Shown here in pieces: positions 53,783 through 64,000 of a stretch of 64,000 bases of DNA. Below the pieces are notes generated by a model, which ran no database searches, was not told the origin of the DNA, and was given only the letters and a program-made list of their open reading frames with translations. The stretch comes from Gammaproteobacteria bacterium (GTDB lineage: Bacteria; Pseudomonadota; Gammaproteobacteria; SG8-11), in NCBI GenBank assembly GCA_030610155.1, contig JAUWSG010000001.1, positions 24,240-88,239 of the forward strand, written 5' to 3'. The number at the start of each line of letters is the position of its first letter. The first letter of the stretch is position 1. Position numbers and translations under genes: made by a program.

Positions 53783-54193
53783 GTGCGTCATTCCAACATT
53801 CTATTGAATCCAGGGCCTGTGGATTTGGACTCTGAATCAAAACGATTATCTCGCCTGGACAAGCTTGTAAAAGCAAGTGAATTCCAGCGAGTGTTCAAAC
53901 AGGGAAACTTAAAATCGCATGACAAGGGCTTCGTGGTATTGGCCCTGGAAAATGATCTGGGATTTGCGCGTTTAGGTTTTACAGTAGCGAAAAAAAACGT
54001 GGCGTCCTCGGTGGCAAGAAACCGAATTAAGCGGTTGATTCGGGAAAGTTTCCGACATCATAAAAATAATTTAAAAAATCTGGATGTTGTGGTTATAGTG
54101 CGTCGCGGTACGGATAAGTTAGATAATCAGGGGTTAAGCTCAGCCCTGGAAAAACACTGGCAAAGATTGGCAAAACTTTATTTGGCGCAGTAA
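53783..54193 (+). CDS. rnpA: Ribonuclease P protein component
   Basis: FTVAKKNVASSVARNRIKRLIRESFR matches the RnpA RNR motif region. The true start may be a downstream GTG/TTG. Confidence 0.8.
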   Translation: MRHSNILLNPGPVDLDSESKRLSRLDKLVKASEFQRVFKQGNLKSHDKGFVVLALENDLGFARLGFTVAKKNVASSVARNRIKRLIRESFRHHKNNLKNLDVVVIVRRGTDKLDNQGLSSALEKHWQRLAKLYLAQ

Positions 54194-54213
54194 GTAGAAG
54201 GTTCAGCGGAAAA

Positions 54214-54522
54214 ATGAAAAAAATTCTGATCTGGTTCATTCAACTATATCGATATTGTCTCAGCCCATTTTTAGGGCAGCATTGCCGGTTTTATCCCAGC
54301 TGTTCCAAATATGCCCAGGATGCATTACATCAACATGGTGCAATGCAGGGGAGTTGGCTGGCGGTCAAACGCCTGTCACGTTGCCATCCCTGGAATGAAG
54401 GTGGGGTGGACCTGGTACCGGAAAACTTGTCTTCAGATGTGCAATCTGAGTCAACCTCCGAGCTGGCGCACGAATTGAGCCCGAACCATCAACATAATCA
54501 TCATCAGAACAAGCAGCGATAA
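54214..54522 (+). CDS. yidD: Membrane protein insertion efficiency factor YidD, with a His-rich C-terminal tail
   Basis: YRYCLSPFLGQHCRFYPSCSKYAQDAL...CHPWNEGGVD is the YidD signature. Confidence 0.75.
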   Translation: MKKILIWFIQLYRYCLSPFLGQHCRFYPSCSKYAQDALHQHGAMQGSWLAVKRLSRCHPWNEGGVDLVPENLSSDVQSESTSELAHELSPNHQHNHHQNKQR

Positions 54523-54531
54523 AAACGTCAC

Positions 54532-56235
54532 ATGGACAATCAAAAATTAATCCTGTTTTTAGGTCTTTCATTAGTCGTCATGATGCTCTTTCAGTCATGG
54601 GAAGAACAAAATACACAACCGAAGACACCTGTTACACAAACGAGCCCGACAACGGATACTCCGTCTGTTGATGGTGCCGAGTTGGCCGCTGTCCCGGCTG
54701 ATGCCCCTGGCGGGGTGACATCATCAGAAATTCCACAGGATATACCTGCTGCAACTTCATCGGCAGTCAAGGAAATGCCGCAAACTGAAACCAGTCCGGT
54801 TAAAAGTGGTAAACGAATTCATGTGCAAACAGATTTGCTGGATGTGGAAATCGATACTGTCGGCGGTGATTTGCGCAAAGTCAGTTTGCTTGCCTACCCG
54901 GTAGCCGTTGATAAACTGGATGATCCCTTTCTATTACTGAATGATATTTTGCCACGTTATTTTGTTACCCAGACCGGGTTGATTTCAAAACAGGGTTCGG
55001 CGCCGGGTCATCGTGATGTTTATGATGTTGAACAAACCGAATACAAGCTGGCGGATGGCAGTGATGAAATCAAGGTTACACTGAACTGGTCTGGTGCGGA
55101 AGGTATGTCCGTATCAAAGATTTATACTTTCCGCCGGGACGATTATGTTATTGACGTTGATTACGTTGTCAGTAATAACGGTGGCATGGAATGGAAAGGT
55201 TATTTATATCGCCAGTTACAACGCACCGAAGTGGCGGAAGCGGGCCAATCAAAACTGATCTACACCTTTATGGGTGGTGTTGTCTCCACGACATTTGATA
55301 AGTATGAAAAAATCACATTTGACGAAATGGCGGAATGGAAACCGCAACAAAGTTATATCGAAGGGGGTTGGGTGGCAATGTTACAGCATTATTTCCTGGC
55401 TGCCATTATTCCTTCCAGCGAACAGCTCAACCATTTCTACACAAAAGCAATTGACGATACGCGATTTATTATTGGTATGACCTCGCAGGAAAAAATCGTC
55501 AATGCGGGACAAATGTCAAATATCCTGACCCAGTTCTACATTGGCCCAAAAGACCAGTATCGCATGGAAGAAGCAGTAAAAGACCTGGATCGTACTGTTG
55601 ATTATGGTGTGTTGTGGGTGCTCGCCAAACCTATTTTTACTTTGCTGAATTATATACACGGTATTGTAGGTAACTGGGGCTGGTCCATCATTATATTGAC
55701 CCTGTTAATCAAACTGGTGTTTTATAAATTATCAGAAGCCAGTTTCAAGTCAATGGCGCGCATGCGTCGTTTCCAGCCAAAAATTGCGGACCTTCGTGAG
55801 CGTTATGGTTCTGACAAGCAGCGTATGAGTCAGGCGCTGATGGCACTGTACAAGAAAGAAAAAATAAATCCCCTGGGCGGTTGTTTACCGATGCTGGTAC
55901 AGATCCCGGTGTTTATTTCACTGTATTGGGTATTGCTGGAAAGCGTAGAACTCAGACAAGCTGATTTTATTTTCTGGTTTAATGATCTTTCCACCAAAGA
56001 TCCTTATTACGTCTTGCCCCTCCTTATGGGCATCACGATGTTTGTTCAGCAAAAGCTGAATCCCGCACCGATGGATCCGGTACAACAAAAAGTCATGATG
56101 GCCTTGCCCTTTATATTCACCGCCTTTTTTGCATTTTTCCCATCCGGGCTGGTGTTATACTGGATTACGAATAACTTACTGACCATTAGTCAGCAGTATT
56201 ACATATTGCGTAAATATGAAAAAACAGGGGCCTGA
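54532..56235 (+). CDS. yidC: Membrane protein insertase YidC
   Basis: N-terminal TM, large periplasmic domain, and a conserved 5-TM core (WGWSIIILTLLIKLVFYKLS...GCLPMLVQIPVFISLYWVL). Confidence 0.9.
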   Translation: MDNQKLILFLGLSLVVMMLFQSWEEQNTQPKTPVTQTSPTTDTPSVDGAELAAVPADAPGGVTSSEIPQDIPAATSSAVKEMPQTETSPVKSGKRIHVQTDLLDVEIDTVGGDLRKVSLLAYPVAVDKLDDPFLLLNDILPRYFVTQTGLISKQGSAPGHRDVYDVEQTEYKLADGSDEIKVTLNWSGAEGMSVSKIYTFRRDDYVIDVDYVVSNNGGMEWKGYLYRQLQRTEVAEAGQSKLIYTFMGGVVSTTFDKYEKITFDEMAEWKPQQSYIEGGWVAMLQHYFLAAIIPSSEQLNHFYTKAIDDTRFIIGMTSQEKIVNAGQMSNILTQFYIGPKDQYRMEEAVKDLDRTVDYGVLWVLAKPIFTLLNYIHGIVGNWGWSIIILTLLIKLVFYKLSEASFKSMARMRRFQPKIADLRERYGSDKQRMSQALMALYKKEKINPLGGCLPMLVQIPVFISLYWVLLESVELRQADFIFWFNDLSTKDPYYVLPLLMGITMFVQQKLNPAPMDPVQQKVMMALPFIFTAFFAFFPSGLVLYWITNNLLTISQQYYILRKYEKTGA

Positions 56236-56277
56236 AACAGAGGCGCTATGCTCTGATAAAGGTTCCTTCATTTCGTT

Positions 56278-57624
56278 ATGACGACAGATACAATAGCGGC
56301 AATTGCAACACCGCCCGGTAAAGGGGGTGTCGGCATTGTGCGTGTATCTGGCCCGCTTGTTCCGCAAATCTGTCTGGCAATACTTCAAAAACAACCCAAA
56401 GCCAGGGTGGCAAGTTTTGCCTCTTTCATCGACAGTGATTTGAATGTGATCGACTCCGGTCTGGCTCTGTATTTTCCCGCGCCTCACTCCTTTACCGGGG
56501 AAGATGTATTGGAACTACAGGGGCACGGCGGGCCGGTTGTGATGGATTTATTGCTAAAACGTGTACTTGAATTAAAGGCCCGCCTGGCGCGCCCGGGCGA
56601 ATTTTCTGAACGGGCATTTTTGAACAACAAAATTGATCTTGCTGAAGCGGAAGCAATTGCTGATTTAATAGACAGCTCATCTGCACAAGCCGCAAAACTG
56701 GCCGTGCGTTCATTACAGGGTGAGTTTTCAAAACATGTTAATGAGCTCAAAGACCGACTTGTGACGATCAGAACCTATGTTGAAGCGGCCATCGATTTTC
56801 CGGAAGAAGAAGTGGATTTCCTCTCGGACGAGAAATTAGTATCAGACATACAAGCGCTTATTAGTGACCTGAATACGACACTGGCCAGTGCGAAATATGG
56901 CAGTTTGATGAGAGAAGGACGTACGGTCGTCATCACCGGGCAACCTAATGTTGGAAAATCGACCCTGTTAAACCGGTTAACCGGTAAAGACACCGCTATA
57001 GTGACAGATATACCGGGTACAACTCGGGATGTATTGCGCGCTGAGATTGTTATCGACGGATTACCCATCCATATCATTGATACTGCCGGCTTGCGAGAAA
57101 GTAATGATAAGATTGAGATTGAGGGTATTAAACGTACCTGGCATGAATTGGAAAATTGTGATCAAGTGATGCTGATCATTGATGACCAGCAAGGGTTGAA
57201 TCAGGCGGAACAGGCACTGATAAGTCGTTTACCGGAGAATACGGATAAATTAATAATACGTAACAAGATCGATTTGACCCGGCATTCACCTGAAATCATA
57301 AATAGTAATTTCGGCACAGAAATTTTAATATCGGCAAAACAGGACCAGGGCATCGATTTACTGCAGCAGCAACTGAGTAAATGTCTGAGTAATCAGGATG
57401 CCGGAGAGGGCAATTTTATGGCGCGCCGCCGCCATGTTGATGCCCTGGAACGTACAGCACAGTCAGTTTCTGCTGGCCTGAAGCAACTGGTTGATTATGG
57501 TGCGGGTGAATTGCTTGCAGCAGAACTGCATCAGGCACAGGAACAGTTGTCCATGATTACGGGTGAATTTACAACGGAAGATTTATTGGGAAGTATTTTT
57601 TCAAATTTCTGTATTGGTAAATGA
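56278..57624 (+). CDS. mnmE: tRNA modification GTPase MnmE
   Basis: DTIAAIATPPGKGGVGIVRVSG N-terminus, G-domain GQPNVGKSTLLN, and a C-terminal CIGK. Confidence 0.9.
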   Translation: MTTDTIAAIATPPGKGGVGIVRVSGPLVPQICLAILQKQPKARVASFASFIDSDLNVIDSGLALYFPAPHSFTGEDVLELQGHGGPVVMDLLLKRVLELKARLARPGEFSERAFLNNKIDLAEAEAIADLIDSSSAQAAKLAVRSLQGEFSKHVNELKDRLVTIRTYVEAAIDFPEEEVDFLSDEKLVSDIQALISDLNTTLASAKYGSLMREGRTVVITGQPNVGKSTLLNRLTGKDTAIVTDIPGTTRDVLRAEIVIDGLPIHIIDTAGLRESNDKIEIEGIKRTWHELENCDQVMLIIDDQQGLNQAEQALISRLPENTDKLIIRNKIDLTRHSPEIINSNFGTEILISAKQDQGIDLLQQQLSKCLSNQDAGEGNFMARRRHVDALERTAQSVSAGLKQLVDYGAGELLAAELHQAQEQLSMITGEFTTEDLLGSIFSNFCIGK

Positions 57625-57633
57625 GAATAACAC

Positions 57634-59898
57634 GTGAGATTAAAATCTCCTGCGCAACAAAAAAGTGTTCTCCGCATGTTTATATGGGCGATGCCTGTAG
57701 TCATGTTCTCTGCCAATGTGCTAGCCGAAACTAATAGTAAAAATTGTCAGGGCATGCGCCCGCCACATGTATTACCCCAACTCGAAACGCCTTTAGATTT
57801 AAAGCCTGATACTACTTATGTGCTGGCAGATGAAGTCAATGCAAAGGACAAGAATGTTTATTCATTTAGTGGCGATGTAAGATTATTCAAAGATGATATA
57901 TCGTTATTTTCCAACCAGGTAACCTATAAGGAATCAGAAGCGAGTATAGATGCAACAGGGGATGTCAGCCTGGTAAAAGATGGTGCGCATTTTTTCAGTC
58001 GCCATTTGTTTTATCAGACAGAAATGGATAAAGGACAATTAGAAGATGTGGAATTTGTTTTAAATAAAGAACATGCGCGAGGTAAGGCTGGACACATAGA
58101 AATTGTCAACGACCACGTTACCGAATTATATGCGTCGAGTTTCACCACTTGTGAAGAGGACAAGCCCGCATGGCAGTTACATGCAAGTCATTTGAGCCTG
58201 GATACGCAGGAAAATGTCGGTATCGCAAAAAACACCTGGATTGAATTTATGCGTGTGCCGATCTTTTATATGTCTTATATGAGTTTTCCATTAAAAGGCA
58301 GAAAAACAGGGTTTTTACCGCCAACGATTGGTGGTTCAAGTCAACTGGGGACAGAAATCAGTGTGCCCTATTATTTTAATATTGCACCAAATCGTGACGC
58401 GACGCTGGTGTTTAATAATTTTTCTGACCGTGGCCAACGGCTGGATGGTGAGTTCAGGTTTCTGAATAAATATGACCAGGGACAGATCAATGCGGAATAT
58501 TTACCGGACGATGATGTTATTAAAGAAGACAGAAAATATATCGCTTTCGCACACAGTTCGTCTTATTTACCGCGCCTGACAACTAAAATTGATTTCAGAC
58601 AGGTGTCTGATGATGATTATTTTACAGATTTTGGTAATAAATTAAGTACTACCAGTATTAGTCATCTGGAAAGAAAAGCAGAAGCGAGTTACCGTGGTGA
58701 CAATTGGTCATTAAGGGCCAGTGTACTTGATTTTCAGACCCTGGAAGAGAGTATCCCTGACAGTTCCCGCCCCTATAAAAAATTACCTGAACTGAATTTT
58801 TTCGCCAGTGCACCGCGGGAATATTATTATATGCGACCGGAAATTAAAGCTGATTATGTCCAGTTCAAGCGTAATGGTCGTGTTTCCGGCGGCAGGCTGG
58901 ATATCCAGCCAAGCCTGAGTATGCCATTCAGGGGTGGCCCCGGATTTTTTATTCCCAAAGTGGCCTTGCGCCATACCGCGTATTCTCTGGAGAACCAGGC
59001 TGCTGGCGCAGATGATTCACCAACCCGGACATTACCTGTTTATAGCCTCGACAGTGGTCTTGTATTTGAACGAGATTCACAGATTGGGAAAAGAAAGTTT
59101 ATCCAGACGCTTGAACCGCGTTTGTTTTATTTAAATGTACCGTTTGAAGACCAATCTAACCTGGTGATTGATGAAAATGGCTCTGTGAGCGTTTTTGATA
59201 CTGCTAACTCGAACCAAAGCTTTGCCCAATTATTTGCAGAAAACCGTTTTACCGGTGCAGACCGTGTGGGTGATGCAAATCAGCTAAGTTTCGCCTTGAC
59301 GACACGATTCCTTGACCAGTCATCAGGCGTTGAGAATTTCTCCGCGAGTATCGGGCGGACTTATTTTTATGAAGACAGGCTTGTGACCTTGCCCGGCCAG
59401 CTCCCCCAGACCAATAAAAAATCTGATATTTATGCTGAATTACGCAGTAAACCATTACCCTCGATGAATATAAACGCTAGAATACAGTGGAATAGCCAGG
59501 CCAGTGAAACCAGGAATGGCAACTTTCAATTCCAATATATTGTGCCAAATTCACAAATTCTGAATCTGGGCTATATATTTGATCGCAATGATTTAGGCGA
59601 TATTGTCAGGCAAGAAACAGACATCTCCCTGTTATGGCCAATTAACCATAACTGGAGCTTTATTGGCCGGCGCAATTATAATTTGCTGGAAAATCGTGAA
59701 GAAGAGAGACTCGCGGGCATTGAGTATGACAGTTGTTGTTGGGCATTTCGGATTGTCAGCCGGCGGCATTTTGCCGGTGACCAGCTTGGTAACAGCCGGT
59801 CAACAATGTTTGAATTGGAACTTAAAGGACTTTCTTCGATCGGAAAAGATGTGAAATCACTTTTACAGAATAATCAATACGGTATTTCCGGGTATTAA
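57634..59898 (+). CDS. lptD: LPS-assembly outer membrane protein LptD
   Basis: Signal peptide on a GTG start. OstA N-domain then a large beta-barrel (FYMSYMSFPLKGRKTGFLPP). Lies in lptD-surA-pdxA-rsmA synteny. Confidence 0.85.
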   Translation: MRLKSPAQQKSVLRMFIWAMPVVMFSANVLAETNSKNCQGMRPPHVLPQLETPLDLKPDTTYVLADEVNAKDKNVYSFSGDVRLFKDDISLFSNQVTYKESEASIDATGDVSLVKDGAHFFSRHLFYQTEMDKGQLEDVEFVLNKEHARGKAGHIEIVNDHVTELYASSFTTCEEDKPAWQLHASHLSLDTQENVGIAKNTWIEFMRVPIFYMSYMSFPLKGRKTGFLPPTIGGSSQLGTEISVPYYFNIAPNRDATLVFNNFSDRGQRLDGEFRFLNKYDQGQINAEYLPDDDVIKEDRKYIAFAHSSSYLPRLTTKIDFRQVSDDDYFTDFGNKLSTTSISHLERKAEASYRGDNWSLRASVLDFQTLEESIPDSSRPYKKLPELNFFASAPREYYYMRPEIKADYVQFKRNGRVSGGRLDIQPSLSMPFRGGPGFFIPKVALRHTAYSLENQAAGADDSPTRTLPVYSLDSGLVFERDSQIGKRKFIQTLEPRLFYLNVPFEDQSNLVIDENGSVSVFDTANSNQSFAQLFAENRFTGADRVGDANQLSFALTTRFLDQSSGVENFSASIGRTYFYEDRLVTLPGQLPQTNKKSDIYAELRSKPLPSMNINARIQWNSQASETRNGNFQFQYIVPNSQILNLGYIFDRNDLGDIVRQETDISLLWPINHNWSFIGRRNYNLLENREEERLAGIEYDSCCWAFRIVSRRHFAGDQLGNSRSTMFELELKGLSSIGKDVKSLLQNNQYGISGY

Positions 59899-59915
59899 TA
59901 GAGGTAAATAGTTAG

Positions 59916-61220
59916 ATGTTTTTTTTCAGAGTGAAATTCAGGTTCAATATAATATGCGGTTTTATATTGCTGTTGCTGTGTTCGGGTGATGTTTTTGCCA
60001 GATCAGAATCGATTGATAAAATCATAACGGTTGTTAACGACGACATCATAACTCAAAATGAGTTATCCGCAGAAATCAATTTCATAATAAAACAACTGCG
60101 GCAACAAAACAGGCCGATACCGAGAGAATCTGTATTAAAAGAGAAAATGCTCGAGCGTTTGATTCAAAAACGCCTGCAATTACAATTGGCCGAAAAAGCA
60201 CATATAAATATAGCAGATGAAACCCTGGATAATGCTATTTTAAATATTGCTTCGCAAAACAACATGAGTTTGACGCAATTTCGTGACGCGCTGGAAAGTG
60301 ATGGTTATGCATATGCCACGTATAGAAATATCATTCGCGATGAAATTACTATCAATCAGTTAAGACAACGACAGGTGGTCAATCGCATCAAGGTGACAGA
60401 ACAGGAAACACAGGATTTCCTCTCAAACAAGGCATTACAGGGTAATCATAATGATGAATACCGGGTGGCCCATATTCTTATAGAAGTACCGGAAGCCGCT
60501 TCTTCGGATCAAGTGCAACAGGCCAAACAAAAAGCGCAAGCGGTACTGGATGAACTTGTTAATGGCGAGGATTTTTCACAGCTGGCAGCGGCTGCCTCCG
60601 ATGGTCAGAAAGCCCTGGAAGGGGGAGACCTCGGCTGGAGGAAATTAGGGCAATTACCTGTGCTGTTTTCAAATGTTGTCACCACTATGGAGATCAATGG
60701 CGTTAGTACCTTGATCAGAAGTCCAAGTGGTTTTCATATTATCAAATTAACGGATAAACGGGCCAATGTAAAAAAACAAATTATTGTACAAACCAAAGCC
60801 CGGCATATTCTTGTGAAAGTTGATGAACTTACAACAGACTATGATGCCAGGCAAAAACTGGAACAATTGAAACGTAGAATTGATCTGGGTGATAGTTTTG
60901 AAGAAGTTGCCAGATCAAACTCCGACGATCCTGGATCAGCTGCCAATGGCGGTTCGCTTGGTTGGGTCAGTCCGGGTGTCATGGTGCCGCAGTTTGAAAA
61001 GCAAATGGACAAACTGGATATTGGCCAGATGAGCGAACCTTTTAAAACACAATTTGGCTGGCATATCATTCATGTGCAGGAGCGTCGCGATTACGACAAT
61101 ACAGAAGAATTCAATATCATGAGCGCAAAAAGGCAAATCCGCGAACGTAAAATAGAAGAAGAAACCCAAAATTGGCTACGCCGTCTGCGGGATGAAGCCT
61201 ACGTTGAAATACGAATCTAA
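59916..61220 (+). CDS. surA: Periplasmic chaperone/PPIase SurA
   Basis: SurA N-domain plus two parvulin domains (GGDLGW..., GGSLGWVSPG...). Confidence 0.85.
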   Translation: MFFFRVKFRFNIICGFILLLLCSGDVFARSESIDKIITVVNDDIITQNELSAEINFIIKQLRQQNRPIPRESVLKEKMLERLIQKRLQLQLAEKAHINIADETLDNAILNIASQNNMSLTQFRDALESDGYAYATYRNIIRDEITINQLRQRQVVNRIKVTEQETQDFLSNKALQGNHNDEYRVAHILIEVPEAASSDQVQQAKQKAQAVLDELVNGEDFSQLAAAASDGQKALEGGDLGWRKLGQLPVLFSNVVTTMEINGVSTLIRSPSGFHIIKLTDKRANVKKQIIVQTKARHILVKVDELTTDYDARQKLEQLKRRIDLGDSFEEVARSNSDDPGSAANGGSLGWVSPGVMVPQFEKQMDKLDIGQMSEPFKTQFGWHIIHVQERRDYDNTEEFNIMSAKRQIRERKIEEETQNWLRRLRDEAYVEIRI

Positions 61221-62220
61221 GACTGATATTAAAATCAGGTTAATAGTCACAACCGGTGAGCCCGCAGGGATCGGGCCGGACTTGTGTATCAATCTATCGC
61301 AACAGGCATTACCGTTTGAATGGGTCGTTGTAGCAGATCCTGATTTAATCGCCGAACGGGCCCGACAGTTACAACTCCCTGTGCAATTAACAGCGTTTGA
61401 GCCTTCGCAACAAGCTCGATGCAATGCTCCGGGTGAAATTAAAATACAGGCGGTCAAACTTGCCAATCAAGCCACCGCCGGTGAGTTAGACCCTGAAAAT
61501 ACCCGTTATGTTCTGGAAACGATTAAACAGGCTGTGCAATACTGTCAGCAAGATGCAGATGCAGGGCTGGTGACGGGTCCGGTTCATAAAGGCATTATTA
61601 ATCAAGCCGGTTTTCCTTTTACTGGTCATACAGAATACATCGCTGAGCTTACCCAAAGTCCACTGCCTGTCATGATGTTGCTCACGCCCGGACTTCGTGT
61701 TGCCCTGGTCACCACCCATCTACCATTACACCAGGTAAGCCAGGCTATTACGCCTTCCTTGCTGGAGAAAGTTATCAAAGTTTTGTACCGGGATCTGGTA
61801 TCTCGTTTTAATATCGCTGATCCGGTTATATATGTTTGCGGACTGAATCCGCACGCCGGTGAAAATGGACATCTGGGAACGGAAGAACTGGAAACCATTA
61901 TACCTGTAATAGAAAAATTAAAATCGCAACAGATCAAGCTGATTGGTCCCTTACCAGCCGACACGATTTTTTCTCCTGCTAATCTCGAGCATGCCGATGT
62001 GGTTTTGGCGATGTATCATGACCAGGGTTTGCCAGTATTAAAATACAAGGGATTTGGCGAAGCAGTGAATGTCACACTGGGCTTACCAATAGTGCGAACT
62101 TCTGTTGATCATGGTACGGCACTTGAGCTTGCCGGCACCGGGCGTATCAATACCGGTAGCATGAAATTTGCTATGCAAACCGCGATCGACATGCTTGATA
62201 ATAGTCAACCACGGTCCTGA
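61192..62220 (+). CDS. pdxA: 4-hydroxythreonine-4-phosphate dehydrogenase
   Basis: TTGEPAGIGPDL, GPVHKGIINQAGFPFTGHTE and GLNPHAGENGHLGTEE motifs. Overlaps surA by 29 nt, so the start may be slightly downstream. Confidence 0.85.
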   Translation: MKPTLKYESKTDIKIRLIVTTGEPAGIGPDLCINLSQQALPFEWVVVADPDLIAERARQLQLPVQLTAFEPSQQARCNAPGEIKIQAVKLANQATAGELDPENTRYVLETIKQAVQYCQQDADAGLVTGPVHKGIINQAGFPFTGHTEYIAELTQSPLPVMMLLTPGLRVALVTTHLPLHQVSQAITPSLLEKVIKVLYRDLVSRFNIADPVIYVCGLNPHAGENGHLGTEELETIIPVIEKLKSQQIKLIGPLPADTIFSPANLEHADVVLAMYHDQGLPVLKYKGFGEAVNVTLGLPIVRTSVDHGTALELAGTGRINTGSMKFAMQTAIDMLDNSQPRS

Positions 62221-62237
62221 TAGAGTAATTTAATACG

Positions 62238-63041
62238 ATGAAACATCAAGCACGAAAACGATTCGGCCAGAATTTTTTAACTGACACACATGTTGTAGAT
62301 GACATTATTGCGGCATTCCATCCTGTAGCGGGCCAGCATGTAGTAGAAGTCGGCCCCGGACTTGGTGTGTTAACTGCCCGGTTGTTGCCTATATTAAAAA
62401 AACTGGACGTGATTGAACTCGATCGTGATCTTGTGCCCAAACTGAAAGCAAATTGTCTGGCAGTTTGTCAGCATGAAGATGATTTGCAAATTTACAATGA
62501 AGATGTGTTGAAATTCGATTTTAGTAAATTGGTACAGGACGAGCAGCCATTAAGAATAATCGGTAACCTGCCCTATAATATTTCGACCCCGCTGATATTT
62601 TATTTGCTGGAACAGAGCATAAAAATTCAGGACATGCTATTTATGTTGCAAAAAGAAGTCGTTGATCGAATGGGCTCTGCACCTGGCAGTAAACAATATG
62701 GTCGCTTGAGTGTTATGACGCAATATTATTGTGAGGTTCACAAGTTATTTGATGTTGATGCGTCAGCTTTTTCACCGCCACCAAAAGTGCTGTCTTCTAT
62801 AGTACAGTTGTTACCTTACCGTGAATTGCCAATAAAAGCGCATGATGAGCAGTTGCTGAAAACAATCGTCACACAAGCATTTTCCCAACGGCGTAAAACC
62901 TTACGCAACAGCTTAAAGGATGTTATAGAGATAAAGGCACTGACTGAATTAGGCATCGACCCGGCTGTGCGTGCTGAACAATTAAGTGTTGAGCAATTTG
63001 TGAAAATCAGCAATTTGGTGAAAAATAACGTTGGAGAGTAA
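62238..63041 (+). CDS. rsmA: 16S rRNA (adenine1518/1519-N6)-dimethyltransferase
   Basis: RFGQNFL...VVEVGPGLGVLT...IIGNLPYNISTP motifs. Confidence 0.9.
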   Translation: MKHQARKRFGQNFLTDTHVVDDIIAAFHPVAGQHVVEVGPGLGVLTARLLPILKKLDVIELDRDLVPKLKANCLAVCQHEDDLQIYNEDVLKFDFSKLVQDEQPLRIIGNLPYNISTPLIFYLLEQSIKIQDMLFMLQKEVVDRMGSAPGSKQYGRLSVMTQYYCEVHKLFDVDASAFSPPPKVLSSIVQLLPYRELPIKAHDEQLLKTIVTQAFSQRRKTLRNSLKDVIEIKALTELGIDPAVRAEQLSVEQFVKISNLVKNNVGE

Positions 63042-63062
63042 TAATTTTGTTATATTGCCAGG

Positions 63063-63962
63063 ATGTTAAACATGAGACCAATATTATTCCTGGCAGGCTT
63101 GTTGTCTTTTCAATTATCTCATGCCCAGGAACTTGATCCTCGCTCCTACATCAATTTACCTATTGGACAGAACTTTATTGGTCTGGTTTATGCCTATACC
63201 GATGGTGATGTTTATACCTCACCTGATGTGCCAATAGAGGACCTCACTTTACGCGTTGATGGACAAGCGTTGCTCTATGCCCGTACCTTTGGTTTATTTG
63301 GCCAATCGGCAAAATTTGATATGTCCGTCGGACATGCCTGTGCTTCTGGTAAAGCGGTCTTTGAGGGAGAGAATGTCAGCAGAGGTTTTTGTGGAATAAC
63401 GGATACAAAAGTGCGCCTGAATTATAATTTTCATGGCGCACCCGCATTAACATTAAAAGAATTTGCCAGCCATAAAAAAGAGATTGTCATGGGCGCCAGT
63501 TTACAGATTAATATTCCGACAGGCGAATACGATACTGACTTTGTTTTTAATATTGGCTCTAATCGCTGGTATTTCAGGCCGGAAATTGGTATTTCAATCC
63601 CGTTAAATAAATGGGAGTTCGATTTTTCTGTTGGGGGTAAGTTTTTTTCTGATAATGATGAGCTGAAAAAAACCTCTACTCTCGCGCAGGATCCTATTTA
63701 TAATTTTCAAATGCATATTGTATATGACATCAAACGTGGTCAGTGGATAGCCTTGAATGCTAATTATTTTCAAGGTGGAGATACGTTTGTTGATGGGGAA
63801 AAGACATCAATAACGAGAGGAAACGAGCGTTTGGGCATCACCTATAGTTATGCTATTAATGCCCGCCATAGTCTCAAGTTATTGGCTAATACCGGCGTAA
63901 CAACGCGCCTGGGTAATGACTCAAATGCTTACGGCATCGGCTGGGTATATCGTTGGGAGTAG
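63063..63962 (+). CDS. Putative outer-membrane beta-barrel protein
   Basis: Signal peptide (LFLAGLLSFQLSHA) followed by amphipathic beta-strand periodicity. It occupies the position where apaG/apaH would be expected. Confidence 0.45.
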   Translation: MLNMRPILFLAGLLSFQLSHAQELDPRSYINLPIGQNFIGLVYAYTDGDVYTSPDVPIEDLTLRVDGQALLYARTFGLFGQSAKFDMSVGHACASGKAVFEGENVSRGFCGITDTKVRLNYNFHGAPALTLKEFASHKKEIVMGASLQINIPTGEYDTDFVFNIGSNRWYFRPEIGISIPLNKWEFDFSVGGKFFSDNDELKKTSTLAQDPIYNFQMHIVYDIKRGQWIALNANYFQGGDTFVDGEKTSITRGNERLGITYSYAINARHSLKLLANTGVTTRLGNDSNAYGIGWVYRWE

Positions 63963-64000
63963 TTGTCTTATTAGTTGGCAGCAATCTTATTACAGCACTA

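Overview
This 64 kb window comes from a gammaproteobacterial chromosome next to the replication-origin gene cluster. Nearly all of it is a syntenic core region, and most core genes can be named from recognisable motifs. In order the window holds: an apbE-associated membrane cluster and gshB; the complete Pil-Chp type IV pilus chemosensory operon (pilGHIJK-chpABC); bioA; recG, ridA, spoT, rpoZ, gmk and yicC; a Hanks Ser/Thr kinase with a PP2C phosphatase; radC and coaBC; an SDR epimerase; hemCDXY; fbp; gyrB, recF, dnaN and dnaA with DnaA-box clusters; rpmH, rnpA, yidD, yidC and mnmE; lptD, surA, pdxA and rsmA; and a final outer-membrane barrel protein. The one clearly accessory segment is a 9.7 kb insertion between radC and coaBC, which are normally adjacent and divergent. 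The insertion has a 727 bp AT-rich leader and no integrase or transposase. It carries three co-oriented genes: a small secreted single-DUF11-domain protein followed by its own terminator; a 421-aa Thr/Ala/Val-rich secreted protein with two DUF11-like domains; and a 2267-aa giant protein with a DUF11 domain, carboxypeptidase-regulatory-like folds, two OmpA-like peptidoglycan-binding domains and a C-terminal beta-barrel-like region of about 900 residues. Genes 2 and 3 share a near-identical motif at the predicted mature N-terminus. I rate this locus the best candidate for an undescribed cell-surface assembly or adhesion system. Other points worth a second look are a nested palindromic repeat after coaBC, an inverted-repeat-flanked terminator element after chpC, tandem-repeat-encoded extensions in rpoZ, bioA and chpB, and two candidate oriC positions. 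All domain calls are motif recognition by eye; no database search was possible.
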